This document shows, piece after piece, positions 19,829 through 28,218 of a DNA stretch of 64,000 nt; positions within the stretch are counted from its first letter, which is position 1, and every line of letters begins with the position of its first letter. Under the pieces are notes generated by a model. The model was not told where the DNA came from, made no database searches, and saw nothing but the letters and a program-made list of their open reading frames with translations. The position numbers and the translations under genes are program-made. The stretch covers positions 3,096 to 67,095 of the forward strand of contig CAMCQE010000004.1 in NCBI GenBank assembly GCA_945876945.1, written 5' to 3'. This DNA is from Klebsiella pneumoniae (lineage in GTDB: Bacteria; Pseudomonadota; Gammaproteobacteria; Ga0077536).

Positions 19829-19878
19829 GCGATGACTTCAGACACGCCCGGCTCGCTGTGTATGATTGAAGTCATCGC
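19829..19878. repeat. 12-bp perfect inverted repeat with 26-nt spacer (possible terminator or operator)
   Basis: GCGATGACTTCA (19829-19840) pairs with TGAAGTCATCGC (19867-19878). It lies in the gap between the amidase and the rhodanese gene. Confidence 0.5.
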
Positions 19879-19914
19879 CACTGTGGCACCTCAACCCAGA
19901 GTCGGAAGCACCGC

Positions 19915-20274
19915 ATGCGCCGTTTAACACTGTTGAGCCTTGGCCTGTTGCTGGGAATGCTCGCCCCGTTGGTGCGGGCCGCTGATGCGGCGCTGTGGAT
20001 TGACGTCCGGGCGCCAGAGGAATTTGCCGCCGGCCACCTGCCGGGCGCGATCAACATTCCCTATCAAAACATCGCCCTTGAGATCGGTCGCATTGAAGCC
20101 CACAAGACACGCCCCATCAAACTCTATTGCGGGATTGGCGTGCGCGCCCAAATGGCCAAACTCTCGCTCGAATCCCAGGGCTATCAACACGTCAGCAACG
20201 AGGGCGGATTCGCCACTCTCGCACGCACGCTGGGCAGCGAACACGGCGCATCGGAATGCACCGGCCGCTGCTAG
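19915..20274 (+). CDS. Periplasmic single-domain rhodanese (sulfurtransferase-like)
   Basis: It has a signal peptide, a WIDVRAPEEFAAGHLPGAINIP segment and the active-site loop CGIGVR. Confidence 0.8.
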   Translation: MRRLTLLSLGLLLGMLAPLVRAADAALWIDVRAPEEFAAGHLPGAINIPYQNIALEIGRIEAHKTRPIKLYCGIGVRAQMAKLSLESQGYQHVSNEGGFATLARTLGSEHGASECTGRC

Positions 20275-20324
20275 GCGCACAAACCCAATCGCCTCAACAC
20301 ACAACAACGCAAGGGGAGACCTCG

Positions 20325-20852
20325 ATGAACACCAACGCTACTGCCGATTATGTCCAGATTAACGATTTGCCCTGGATGCCGTTTCCAGCCGCCCTCTCGG
20401 CCGGCGGCATCCGCTGGAAACTACTCCATGTATCGCCTGAAATGGGCGCGTGGACCGCGATTTTTGATTGCCCGAAAGGCTCTTCCTTCAATCGTCACGT
20501 CCATCTCGGCCCGGGCGAATACCTGCTGACCAAGGGCAAAATGGAAGTGCGCGGCGGCGTTGACGACGGTGGCGCGACCGCCCTGTCGCTCGGTTACGGC
20601 TACGAAGCCTGCAACGCCCGCCACGACAAAACCTTTTTCCCGGTCGCCAGCGAGTTCTACATGACCTTCCTCGGCCCGCTTGAATTCATCCACGAAGATG
20701 GCAGCCCGCTGGCCGTTGTCGGCTGGGCACAGGCGCAAGGCTTGTGGGAAGTGCAGATGGCAGAACACGCCGGGGCTGCCAAGAAGGCCGCCAAAGCCGC
20801 CGCGAAAAAAGCCCCCGCCAAGCCGGCGGCCAAGAAAAAGGCCAAAGGCTAA
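20325..20852 (+). CDS. Cupin-fold protein (ChrR-like / 2,4'-dihydroxyacetophenone-dioxygenase-like) with Lys/Ala/Pro-rich C-terminal tail
   Basis: The ATG at 20325 follows an AAGGGGAGA Shine-Dalgarno sequence. A cupin metal motif NRHVHLGPGEY is present, and the C-terminus reads AAKKAAKAAAKKAPAKPAAKKKAKG. Confidence 0.6.
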   Translation: MNTNATADYVQINDLPWMPFPAALSAGGIRWKLLHVSPEMGAWTAIFDCPKGSSFNRHVHLGPGEYLLTKGKMEVRGGVDDGGATALSLGYGYEACNARHDKTFFPVASEFYMTFLGPLEFIHEDGSPLAVVGWAQAQGLWEVQMAEHAGAAKKAAKAAAKKAPAKPAAKKKAKG

Positions 20853-22651
20853 GTCAGGTCTCCTGACAGACCGCGCTGCGCGATCTGCGGCTCGCGCAGC
20901 GCGGCCACAAAGGTCAGTGCGCGCTGACAAAAACCGCTGCTCGCCGCGTCCACGCCCAGCGAGGGCGCCACGGCCAGGAATTTCTCCAAGGCCGCGTTAA
21001 GCAGATCGGCCAGTGCGTGCGGAGACAGACGCATGGAATTCCGATACCGGAAGGCAAGGTCTTCGGTGTCCGCCAAAGGCTCTGCCTGCGGGCGATAAGC
21101 CGCTTCACATAGCTCATTGGCCAATTGCGCAATCAGCCGCAACTGCAGGGCGTCGTCCAGCGGCGGCTCGCGCGGCTCGCTCAATACCGGCGCCATGCTT
21201 TCCACAATCGCCGCCGGGAACTTCCACAATCTCGCCACCGCCGCGCCCATCGTCGCACAGGTGCTTCCCAGCACCTGGCGCTCAGCCTGCAAGGGCAGCA
21301 CGTCGTTGTTCACCAGCCCGGCAATCTCACTCCACTCCTCTGGCAGGTAGTACATCACCAGATTTCGGCCCAATCGGTTGAAGAGCCCGCAGATAAAGGC
21401 CTCTTCGGCCAATTCCCGCCGGTACAACAGGCCCAGATTCCGCGCCATCAAGCCCGCGACGAAACAACTGACCAGCGCATCCTGTAACTCTGCCTGCCCG
21501 TTTTGCAGACGCTCAAACACCAGCAGGCCGTTGCACAGCAAACGAATCAGGCGTGTCCCGACCATGCCAATGGCTTGCGCTACCGTGGTCACGCCCGCCC
21601 CGCCCCGATCAAAAAACGCCGAGTTGGCAATCTTCATCAAGCGGTTGGTGAGGCTGAAGTCGCGTTGAATCACTTCAGCCAGTTCGTGGAGATTGGTGAG
21701 GCTGCCCTCACCGGTCATTCGGTTAATTTCGAGAATATTGCTGGAAAAAGCCGGAAACTCCGGACGCCGCTGCAAGCGTCGCAAGAGAAATTGCACGGCG
21801 ACGTCCTGTCTGGCGGATTCCGTCTGGCTGGCAAGCGTTGCCGCCAGCATCTGGGCGAACTCGCGTGCGGTCTGGAAGCGCGCCACGGGTTCCCTGGCCA
21901 GCGCATCACGGAGCAACTGAATCAGGCCCGGAGAAACACCCCTTGTGCGCAGTCCTTCCCAATCAAATTTGCCTTGCAGGATGACGCTCCGCACCCGCGT
22001 TAGCCCGTCGCCTTGTGCCGCCGCCTCGCCGGTCAGCAACTCGAACAGGATGAGCCCCAGGGCGAAGACATCGGTTCGTTGGTCAAGCTTGCCGGCGGAA
22101 AAATGCTCGGGGCTCATATAGCGCGGCGTGCCGTGCATGCGCTCTTCGCCGGCGTCGCTGCCGGTGCGCGACACGAAGCGCGCCAGACCGAAGTCCATGA
22201 TGCGCACCCGCCCATGGCGGTCGAACATAAGATTGTTGGGGGAAAGATCGAGATGGACGACGTCTTGCTCATGCGCGACCGCCATGCCGTCGAGAATCTG
22301 GACAAACAAACCCACAGCCTCCGCCTCCGGGATGCGTTCCCGCTGCAGAATCTCCTGCTTGAGCGGAATGCCTTGCACGTACTCAAACACCAGAAACGGC
22401 ATTTTGCCGTGCATACCCACTTCGTACAGCGGGATGATGTTGGGATGGGCGAGACGCGCCACCGCGCGGGCTTCGGTCATGAACTGCGCCCGACTTGCGT
22501 CGTCGCTCTGGCGTGCGCCAAGCAGCCATTTAATGGCCACTTCGCGTTCCAACTGGGGATCCCAGGCCAGGAAAACCCGGCCATGGAAGCCGCGCCCCAG
22601 CTCTTTTTTGAGTTCAAATCGTCCGAGTTGGGTTTTCTTCGCCTCGCTCAT
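20849..22651 (-). CDS. Ser/Thr protein kinase domain fused to a C-terminal HDOD domain
   Basis: Hanks kinase motifs are present: GRGFHGRVF, VAIKWL, HLDLSPNN, MDFGLA and MSPE. The C-terminal half carries an HDOD-like FPAFSSNILEINRM..VIQRDFSLTNRLMKIANSAFF region. Confidence 0.8.
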   Translation of the reverse strand: MSEAKKTQLGRFELKKELGRGFHGRVFLAWDPQLEREVAIKWLLGARQSDDASRAQFMTEARAVARLAHPNIIPLYEVGMHGKMPFLVFEYVQGIPLKQEILQRERIPEAEAVGLFVQILDGMAVAHEQDVVHLDLSPNNLMFDRHGRVRIMDFGLARFVSRTGSDAGEERMHGTPRYMSPEHFSAGKLDQRTDVFALGLILFELLTGEAAAQGDGLTRVRSVILQGKFDWEGLRTRGVSPGLIQLLRDALAREPVARFQTAREFAQMLAATLASQTESARQDVAVQFLLRRLQRRPEFPAFSSNILEINRMTGEGSLTNLHELAEVIQRDFSLTNRLMKIANSAFFDRGGAGVTTVAQAIGMVGTRLIRLLCNGLLVFERLQNGQAELQDALVSCFVAGLMARNLGLLYRRELAEEAFICGLFNRLGRNLVMYYLPEEWSEIAGLVNNDVLPLQAERQVLGSTCATMGAAVARLWKFPAAIVESMAPVLSEPREPPLDDALQLRLIAQLANELCEAAYRPQAEPLADTEDLAFRYRNSMRLSPHALADLLNAALEKFLAVAPSLGVDAASSGFCQRALTFVAALREPQIAQRGLSGDLT

Positions 22652-22715
22652 GGCATTGATGTCGGCAGGATCGGCGCGGGCTTCATCTGCGGCATGAGCG
22701 GCGAGAGTGCGAGCT

Positions 22716-23573
22716 TCAATCCAGCACTCGCATCAAGCCTTCCTGCGCAACGCTCACCACCAGTTCGCCCTCCCGGGTATAAAAGCTGCCGCGCGCCAGG
22801 CCTCTTGCGCCGGCAGACGCCACCCCTTCGCAGTGATAAAGCAACCAGTCGTCCACCCTGAAAGGCCGGTGGAACCACATCGCGTGATCGAGACTCGCCA
22901 CCACCAGATTGGTATTGCCCAAGGTGAAGCCATGGTGAGCCAGCAAGGTCCAGATCAATCCGTAGTCGGACAGATAGGCGAGCACCGCGCGGTGCATATC
23001 CGGTTCATCCGGCAGACGCTCCAGCGTGCGCACCCAGGTGCGCCGAAACGGATTGCCAAAGGCGTCTTTCGCACCTTCCGGCCCATCAATCGGCCGCGAC
23101 TCGAAGGGCGCGACGATCGTCATCATGCGTTGGATTCTGGGCGACTGCTGGTCGAAAGCGGACCAGTCCCAGACCTGCGGGGCGACCGCTTCCGGCGGCG
23201 GCGCCTCCGGCATTTTGCCCTGGTAGGCAATGCCCGCTTCCTCCCGATGAAACGAGGCTTCCATCGTGAAGATCGGTTGACCGTGCTGAATCGCAGTCAC
23301 CCGCCGGGCCGAGAAACTGCGTCCGTCCCGGCTCCGGTCCACGGTGTAAATGACCGGATGAAAGGCATCGGCTTCACGTAAAAAATAGGCATGTAGTGAA
23401 TGCGCCGGGCGGTCGTCTTCGACCGTTAACTGCGCGGCTTCCAGCGCCTCGCCCAGCACCTTGCCCCCGTAGACGCGTTTGACATGGGTGTCTCCCACCG
23501 CGCCCCGAAAAAGATTTTCCTCGAGTTTCTCGAGCCGCAGTCCGTTGACGAGTTGTTGCAGGGCGCCGGTCAT
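22716..23573 (-). CDS. tesB: Acyl-CoA thioesterase II
   Basis: LEKLEENLFRG ... VYGGKVLGEAL and a double-hotdog length of 285 aa match TesB. Confidence 0.85.
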   Translation of the reverse strand: MTGALQQLVNGLRLEKLEENLFRGAVGDTHVKRVYGGKVLGEALEAAQLTVEDDRPAHSLHAYFLREADAFHPVIYTVDRSRDGRSFSARRVTAIQHGQPIFTMEASFHREEAGIAYQGKMPEAPPPEAVAPQVWDWSAFDQQSPRIQRMMTIVAPFESRPIDGPEGAKDAFGNPFRRTWVRTLERLPDEPDMHRAVLAYLSDYGLIWTLLAHHGFTLGNTNLVVASLDHAMWFHRPFRVDDWLLYHCEGVASAGARGLARGSFYTREGELVVSVAQEGLMRVLD

Positions 23574-23582
23574 TGGTGGCGC

Positions 23583-24401
23583 TCAGGTAAACGCGTAATC
23601 GGCGGTGGGGAATTCACGCTCACGCACTTCGCGTACGTAACGCGCGGCGGCGGCGTGGATGGAATCAGCGCCTTCCATGTAATTTTTAGAGAATCGGGTG
23701 CGCTTGCCGGGCGCGATATCGAGGATGTCGTAGAGCACCAGAATCTGGCCGTCGACCTGCGGGCCCGCGCCGATGCCAATTACCGGCACCGCGGCACTGG
23801 CGGTAATTTTCGCCGCCAAATCCATCGGCACACATTCCAGCAGCAGCATGTCGGCGCCGGCGGCTTCCAGCGCGCGGGCGTCTTCCATCATTTTGGCGGC
23901 CGTCGCGTGCTCGCGACCCTGCACGCGATAGGCGCCAATTTTGTGAATGGCCTGGGGCGTCAGGCCCAGATGCGCACACACCGGAATGCCGCATTCGGTG
24001 AGTCGAGTCACCATATCGAGCTGCAAAGCGCCCCATTCCAGTTTGACCATTTCCGCCCCGCCCTCTTTCATCAGGCGGGCCGCGTTGCGCAGGCAGTCCT
24101 CAGCCGAGGAGTAGCTCATGAAGGGCATGTCTGCCATCACCAGCGCGCGTTGCACGCCGCGCGTCACCATCTGCGTGTGGTAGATGATGTCTTCCACGCT
24201 GACCGGAATGGTGGTCGATTGCCCCTGGACCACCATGCCCAGCGAATCACCCACGAGCAGAAAGTCGCATCCCGCCTCGTCCAGCACGCGGGCAAACGCG
24301 GCGTCGTAGGCGGTCAGCGAGACGATCGGCGTACCGGCGGTCTTCATTTGTTTCAGGGTGGAAACGGTCACCTTGCGGTGAGATTGTTGATGCGAACTCA
24401 T
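23583..24401 (-). CDS. panB: 3-methyl-2-oxobutanoate hydroxymethyltransferase
   Basis: LKQMK..G.PIVSLTAYDAAFARVLDEAGCDFLLVGDSLGMV and the rest of the protein match the PanB pattern. Confidence 0.9.
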   Translation of the reverse strand: MSSHQQSHRKVTVSTLKQMKTAGTPIVSLTAYDAAFARVLDEAGCDFLLVGDSLGMVVQGQSTTIPVSVEDIIYHTQMVTRGVQRALVMADMPFMSYSSAEDCLRNAARLMKEGGAEMVKLEWGALQLDMVTRLTECGIPVCAHLGLTPQAIHKIGAYRVQGREHATAAKMMEDARALEAAGADMLLLECVPMDLAAKITASAAVPVIGIGAGPQVDGQILVLYDILDIAPGKRTRFSKNYMEGADSIHAAAARYVREVREREFPTADYAFT

Positions 24402-24411
24402 AGCGTTTTAC

Positions 24412-24828
24412 TCAAGCTCCGGTCTGCGCTGCCTGTTTTCGTGCGCAGCCAGCAAGAAATCGGTTTAATTCAACAGGGGCCCGGGCATGCCGGCCGCGCC
24501 CGATAAGGTCCACGCCATCGTGGGCCTCCACTTCAAAAGTCACCAGCGATTTGGAGACCTCAAGCACTCTCGCCGTCGCCGTCACGGTCATGCCCACCGG
24601 GGTTGCCGCCAGATGCCGAACATCCACCAGCGCGCCCACCGACACCCAGCCCGCGGGCAGATACGGGCGAATGAGATCGGCGCACACAATTTCCATGAAG
24701 AGAATCATGTTCGGCGTGGAATACACCGGCGGCAGATCCGGCACGGTAGCTTGCACGGTCAGCGCCTGCGTGACGTGCTGCGTCTGGCTCAGGCGGATAT
24801 CGAGCGGGATGAATTGCGGCCACTCCAT
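24412..24828 (-). CDS. Hotdog-fold thioesterase-like protein
   Basis: At 138 aa, with YSTPNMILFMEIVCADLIRPYL..G..SVGALVDVRHLAATPVG, it resembles small hotdog thioesterases. Confidence 0.55.
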   Translation of the reverse strand: MEWPQFIPLDIRLSQTQHVTQALTVQATVPDLPPVYSTPNMILFMEIVCADLIRPYLPAGWVSVGALVDVRHLAATPVGMTVTATARVLEVSKSLVTFEVEAHDGVDLIGRGRHARAPVELNRFLAGCARKQAAQTGA

Positions 24829-24837
24829 CTCGAAGCC

Positions 24838-25719
24838 TCAGCGCGCCAGGCCTGGTAGCCAACCCGCAATGGCTGAGGCAATAGCGTCCGGCGAATCTTC
24901 CTGAATGAAATGCAGTCCGGGCACGGTCACTTCCTGTTGGTTCCTGAACGTCCGGCACACCTCGCGCACGCGGCCGGCGATGACCATCCCCGGTTCGGCA
25001 TTAATGAACAGCTTCGGCGTTTCGCTCGCGGCCAGCCACGCGCTGTAGCGGGCCACGATGGCGCAGGACTCGGGCGGTTGATCGTCGATGGGGATTTGCC
25101 GAGGCCAGGTCAACGTGGGCCGCCGCGCTTCGCCGACTTCGGCAAACGGCGCGCGATAGGCGTCCATTTCTTCGGCAGTAAGTTCGCGCAGGATGGACTT
25201 CGGCAGCACACGCTCCACAAAAATGTTTTTGTTGAGGATGAGGTCTTCGCCAGCGTCCGAGCGAAACGCCTGAAAGATCCCCCGCGCGGATTCCGGCCAA
25301 TCGTCCCAGCTGAGTGCGATGGGAATGCCTTCCATATAGCAGATTCCCGCCACCGACCCCGCGTGCCGCGAGGCCCAGTCGAAACCGAGCGCCGTGCCCC
25401 AGTCGTGCAACACCAGCGTCACGGCCTCGGTCACGCCGAGCGCGGCCAGTGCCGCGTCGAAATACCCTTGATGCTCGGCCAGCGTGTAGCGCCCGGGACC
25501 TGAGTCCGGCAATTTTTCCGAGTCGCCCATGCCTATCAAATCCAGCGCGATACACCGGCCTTGCGTGGCCAACTGCGGCAGGATGTTCCGCCACAGATAG
25601 GACGAGGTGGGGTTGCCATGCTGAAAGACAATCGGCGCGCCCTGCCCCTGCTCGACGTAGGCCATGCGCCGGCCCAGCACCTCAATGAAGCGCTTTTGCG
25701 CCACCCAGGAATTGCTCAT
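24838..25719 (-). CDS. Haloalkane dehalogenase, HLD-II type
   Basis: Key motifs are HGNPTSSYLWRNILPQL, the nucleophile in LVLHDWG, YMEG (acid) and GLHFIQEDSP (His). I chose the ATG at 25719 (GAGGG Shine-Dalgarno), 10 nt after the upstream stop. Confidence 0.85.
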   Translation of the reverse strand: MSNSWVAQKRFIEVLGRRMAYVEQGQGAPIVFQHGNPTSSYLWRNILPQLATQGRCIALDLIGMGDSEKLPDSGPGRYTLAEHQGYFDAALAALGVTEAVTLVLHDWGTALGFDWASRHAGSVAGICYMEGIPIALSWDDWPESARGIFQAFRSDAGEDLILNKNIFVERVLPKSILRELTAEEMDAYRAPFAEVGEARRPTLTWPRQIPIDDQPPESCAIVARYSAWLAASETPKLFINAEPGMVIAGRVREVCRTFRNQQEVTVPGLHFIQEDSPDAIASAIAGWLPGLAR

Positions 25720-25729
25720 GACTTTGCCC

Positions 25730-26860
25730 TCATGCCACGACGCCATTGGCTTTCAGCGCCGCGTAGTCGCCGGCGCTGATCCCGACGGCCAGCAGCACGG
25801 ACTCGGTATCCGAGCAATCGGACGATTTCGGACGCGGGCTTGGCGCCGGGGTCCCGCTGAAGCGCGGCGAAGGTGCCGGTTGGAGTTCCCCCGCCACATC
25901 GATAAAAGTGCCGCGCGCCACGTTGTGCGGATGCAACGGGGCTTCCGCCAAATCGAGCACCGGGCCGTAACAGACATCGGTGCCTTCAAAGATGCCCGAC
26001 CATTCGTCGCGGGTTTTGGTTTTGATGATCGCGCCAATGTGCGCTTTGAATTCGGGCCATCGCTCGGGCACGTGCTGTTCGCCGAACACCGCATCGGTCA
26101 GCCCGAGTTTCTCGCGCAGGATGGCGTAGAACTGCGGCTCGATTGAACCAAAAGCCACGTATTTGCCATCGGCACACTCGTAGCACCCGTAGTAGTGCGC
26201 GGCGCCGGCCAGCGCGTTACTGCCGCGCACGTTGCTCCATTGTCCCTTGGCGTACACGCCGTAAATCATGCTCATGAGGCTGGCAGCGCCATCCACCATC
26301 GCCGCATCCACCACCTGACCACGACCGGTGCGCGAGGCCGAGAACAGTGCGCAGACCATGCCGTAGGCCAGGAGCAGTCCGCCGCCACCGAAATCGCCCA
26401 CCAGATTGAGCGGCGGGAACGGCGGGCGATCCGCCTCACCCATCGCGTGGAGCGCGCCGGTGATGGCGATGTAGTTGATGTCGTGACCGGCCGCGTTCGC
26501 CAGCGGGCCATCCTGCCCCCAACCGGTCATGCGCCCATAGACCAAACGCGGGTTGCGCGCGAGACAGACATCCGGCCCCAAGCCCAGACGCTCCATCACA
26601 CCCGGCCGGAAGGGCTCGAACAGGCCGTCGGCCTTGGCCACCAGCGTGAGCGCGAGTTCCACGCCGCGCGGGTCTTTGAGATTCAAACCGATCGAACGGC
26701 GATTGCGCGACAGGGCGCCATCGGCCCCCAGCGGCGGTCCGCCCTGCGGGCGGTCGATGCGAATAACGTCGGCGCCCAAATCGCCCAAAAATGTGCCCGC
26801 CAGTGGTCCGGGACCGATACCGGCAAACTCGATAATCGACAGACCTTCCAGCGGGCCCAT
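25730..26860 (-). CDS. Family III CoA-transferase (CaiB/BaiF; racemase-like)
   Basis: It begins MGPLEGLSIIEFAGIGPGPLAGTFLGDLGADVIRIDRP. The internal ATG at 26860 overlaps the upstream stop by 4 nt. Confidence 0.85.
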   Translation of the reverse strand: MGPLEGLSIIEFAGIGPGPLAGTFLGDLGADVIRIDRPQGGPPLGADGALSRNRRSIGLNLKDPRGVELALTLVAKADGLFEPFRPGVMERLGLGPDVCLARNPRLVYGRMTGWGQDGPLANAAGHDINYIAITGALHAMGEADRPPFPPLNLVGDFGGGGLLLAYGMVCALFSASRTGRGQVVDAAMVDGAASLMSMIYGVYAKGQWSNVRGSNALAGAAHYYGCYECADGKYVAFGSIEPQFYAILREKLGLTDAVFGEQHVPERWPEFKAHIGAIIKTKTRDEWSGIFEGTDVCYGPVLDLAEAPLHPHNVARGTFIDVAGELQPAPSPRFSGTPAPSPRPKSSDCSDTESVLLAVGISAGDYAALKANGVVA

Positions 26861-26862
26861 GC

Positions 26863-27741
26863 TCAGCGCCCCGCCCGGCCGACCATCGCCAGGATGCGTT
26901 CGGCCTGTTTGAGATGCGGCATGTCGATCATCTTGCCGTTGAGATTGAGCGCGCCCGCGTCCGGGTTGGCCGCGAAGGCATCCACCACCGCCTGCGCATG
27001 CTCGATTTCGGCCGCCGAAGGCGTAAACGCTTCGTTGATGATGGCCACCTGGTCCGGATGAATCGCAATCTTGCCGAGGTAGCCATCGCGGCGACCGTCT
27101 TCGCATTCCCGCTTCAGCAGCGTGGGATTGCGGAAATCCGGGCATACCGTGTCCAGCGGTTGCACGCCGGCGGCGTGGGCGCCGAACAGGCACAGCGAGC
27201 GCGCCAGCACATAGGGCGCGGTGTATTCGCCGTCAGACCCTTTGTTGGACGACGCGCCCAGCGCGGCGGCGAGGTCTTCTGCGCCCCAGGTCAACACGCG
27301 CAGACGCGGGGCGCCTTTGTACTGGCCAAGGCTGAACGGCGCGATGGCCGTCTCAGTCGCAATCGCGCAAATCGCGATACTGCCCTGCGGAATACCGTGT
27401 TCGATTTCCATCGCGTCGAGGTAGTGGCTCAACTGCTGAATGTGATGCGGCCCGTCGCACTTCGGTAGCGCGATGCCATCGGGGCGGGCTTTGGCGACCG
27501 CCGTGATGTCGCGCAGGGAATCCGCCGTATCGAGCGGATTAATCCGCACCCACAGCTCGCCCTCGGAGCGGTCGGCGGCGCGCAGGTATTCCTGAATCAT
27601 GTCGCGCGCGACCGGACGGCGCGAGGCGGCCACCGCGTCTTCCAGATCGAGAATCAGGGCGTCGGCGCCAACGCTGGCGCCTTTGGCGAGCTTCTTTTCG
27701 CTATCGCCGGGGACAAACAACATGGAACGTAAGACGGTCAT
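26863..27741 (-). CDS. HpcH/HpaI aldolase / citrate-lyase beta-subunit-like (CitE-like) acyl-CoA lyase
   Basis: MLFVPGDSEKKLAKG..ADALILDLEDAV is the CitE-like signature. The ATG at 27741 overlaps the MaoC gene stop by 4 nt. Confidence 0.8.
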   Translation of the reverse strand: MTVLRSMLFVPGDSEKKLAKGASVGADALILDLEDAVAASRRPVARDMIQEYLRAADRSEGELWVRINPLDTADSLRDITAVAKARPDGIALPKCDGPHHIQQLSHYLDAMEIEHGIPQGSIAICAIATETAIAPFSLGQYKGAPRLRVLTWGAEDLAAALGASSNKGSDGEYTAPYVLARSLCLFGAHAAGVQPLDTVCPDFRNPTLLKRECEDGRRDGYLGKIAIHPDQVAIINEAFTPSAAEIEHAQAVVDAFAANPDAGALNLNGKMIDMPHLKQAERILAMVGRAGR

Positions 27742-28193
27742 GCGGGCTTCCTCAGCATCAGGCCGGTGCGTTTGCACGCGGCGACGAGTTCATTGCGCTG
27801 GTTGTAGGCGCGGTGGGCAAAAATCACGATGCCGTTGGTGGGTCGGGATTTGGTGTCGCGCAATTCCACGACCTCGGTCTGAAAATGCAGGGTGTCCCCG
27901 TGAAAAACGGGCTTGGGGAAGCGCACTTCGTCCCAGCCGAGGTTGCCCACCGTGGTCCCCAGCGTGGTGTCGTAAACGGACACGCCCACCATCACCGACA
28001 GCGTAAAGCAGCTGTTAACGATGCGTTGGCCGAACTCGGTCTGCGTGCGGCAATACTCTTCGTCGAGATGCAGCAGCGCCGGGTTGTGGGTCATGGTGGT
28101 GAACAGCACGTTGTCCGTTTCGGTGACGGTGCGACGGATGGGATGGTCAAACGTCTGTCCGACGTAAAATTCTTCGTAGTAAAGTCCGGGCAT
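27738..28193 (-). CDS. MaoC-like (R)-specific enoyl-CoA hydratase/dehydratase
   Basis: The YEEFYVGQTFDHPIRRTVTETDNVLFTTMTHNPALLHLDEEY pattern fits single hotdog MaoC hydratases. Confidence 0.8.
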   Translation of the reverse strand: MPGLYYEEFYVGQTFDHPIRRTVTETDNVLFTTMTHNPALLHLDEEYCRTQTEFGQRIVNSCFTLSVMVGVSVYDTTLGTTVGNLGWDEVRFPKPVFHGDTLHFQTEVVELRDTKSRPTNGIVIFAHRAYNQRNELVAACKRTGLMLRKPA

Positions 28194-28218
28194 GTTGCCG
28201 CGCTCCCCTGTTGGTGGT

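Noticed and set aside
23484-24506. A 340-aa ORF antisense to panB.
   Set aside because: It is the shadow frame of a confidently identified gene.
26861-27193. Long N-terminal extensions of ORFs in the supplied track. Examples are the CoA-transferase to 27193, the amidase from 18545, the SDR from 50327, the ACAD to 33463 and the fusion gene to 36254.
   Set aside because: The extensions overlap the neighbouring gene and are Arg/Pro-rich. Internal ATG or GTG codons with Shine-Dalgarno sequences or 4-nt coupling give family-typical N-termini.
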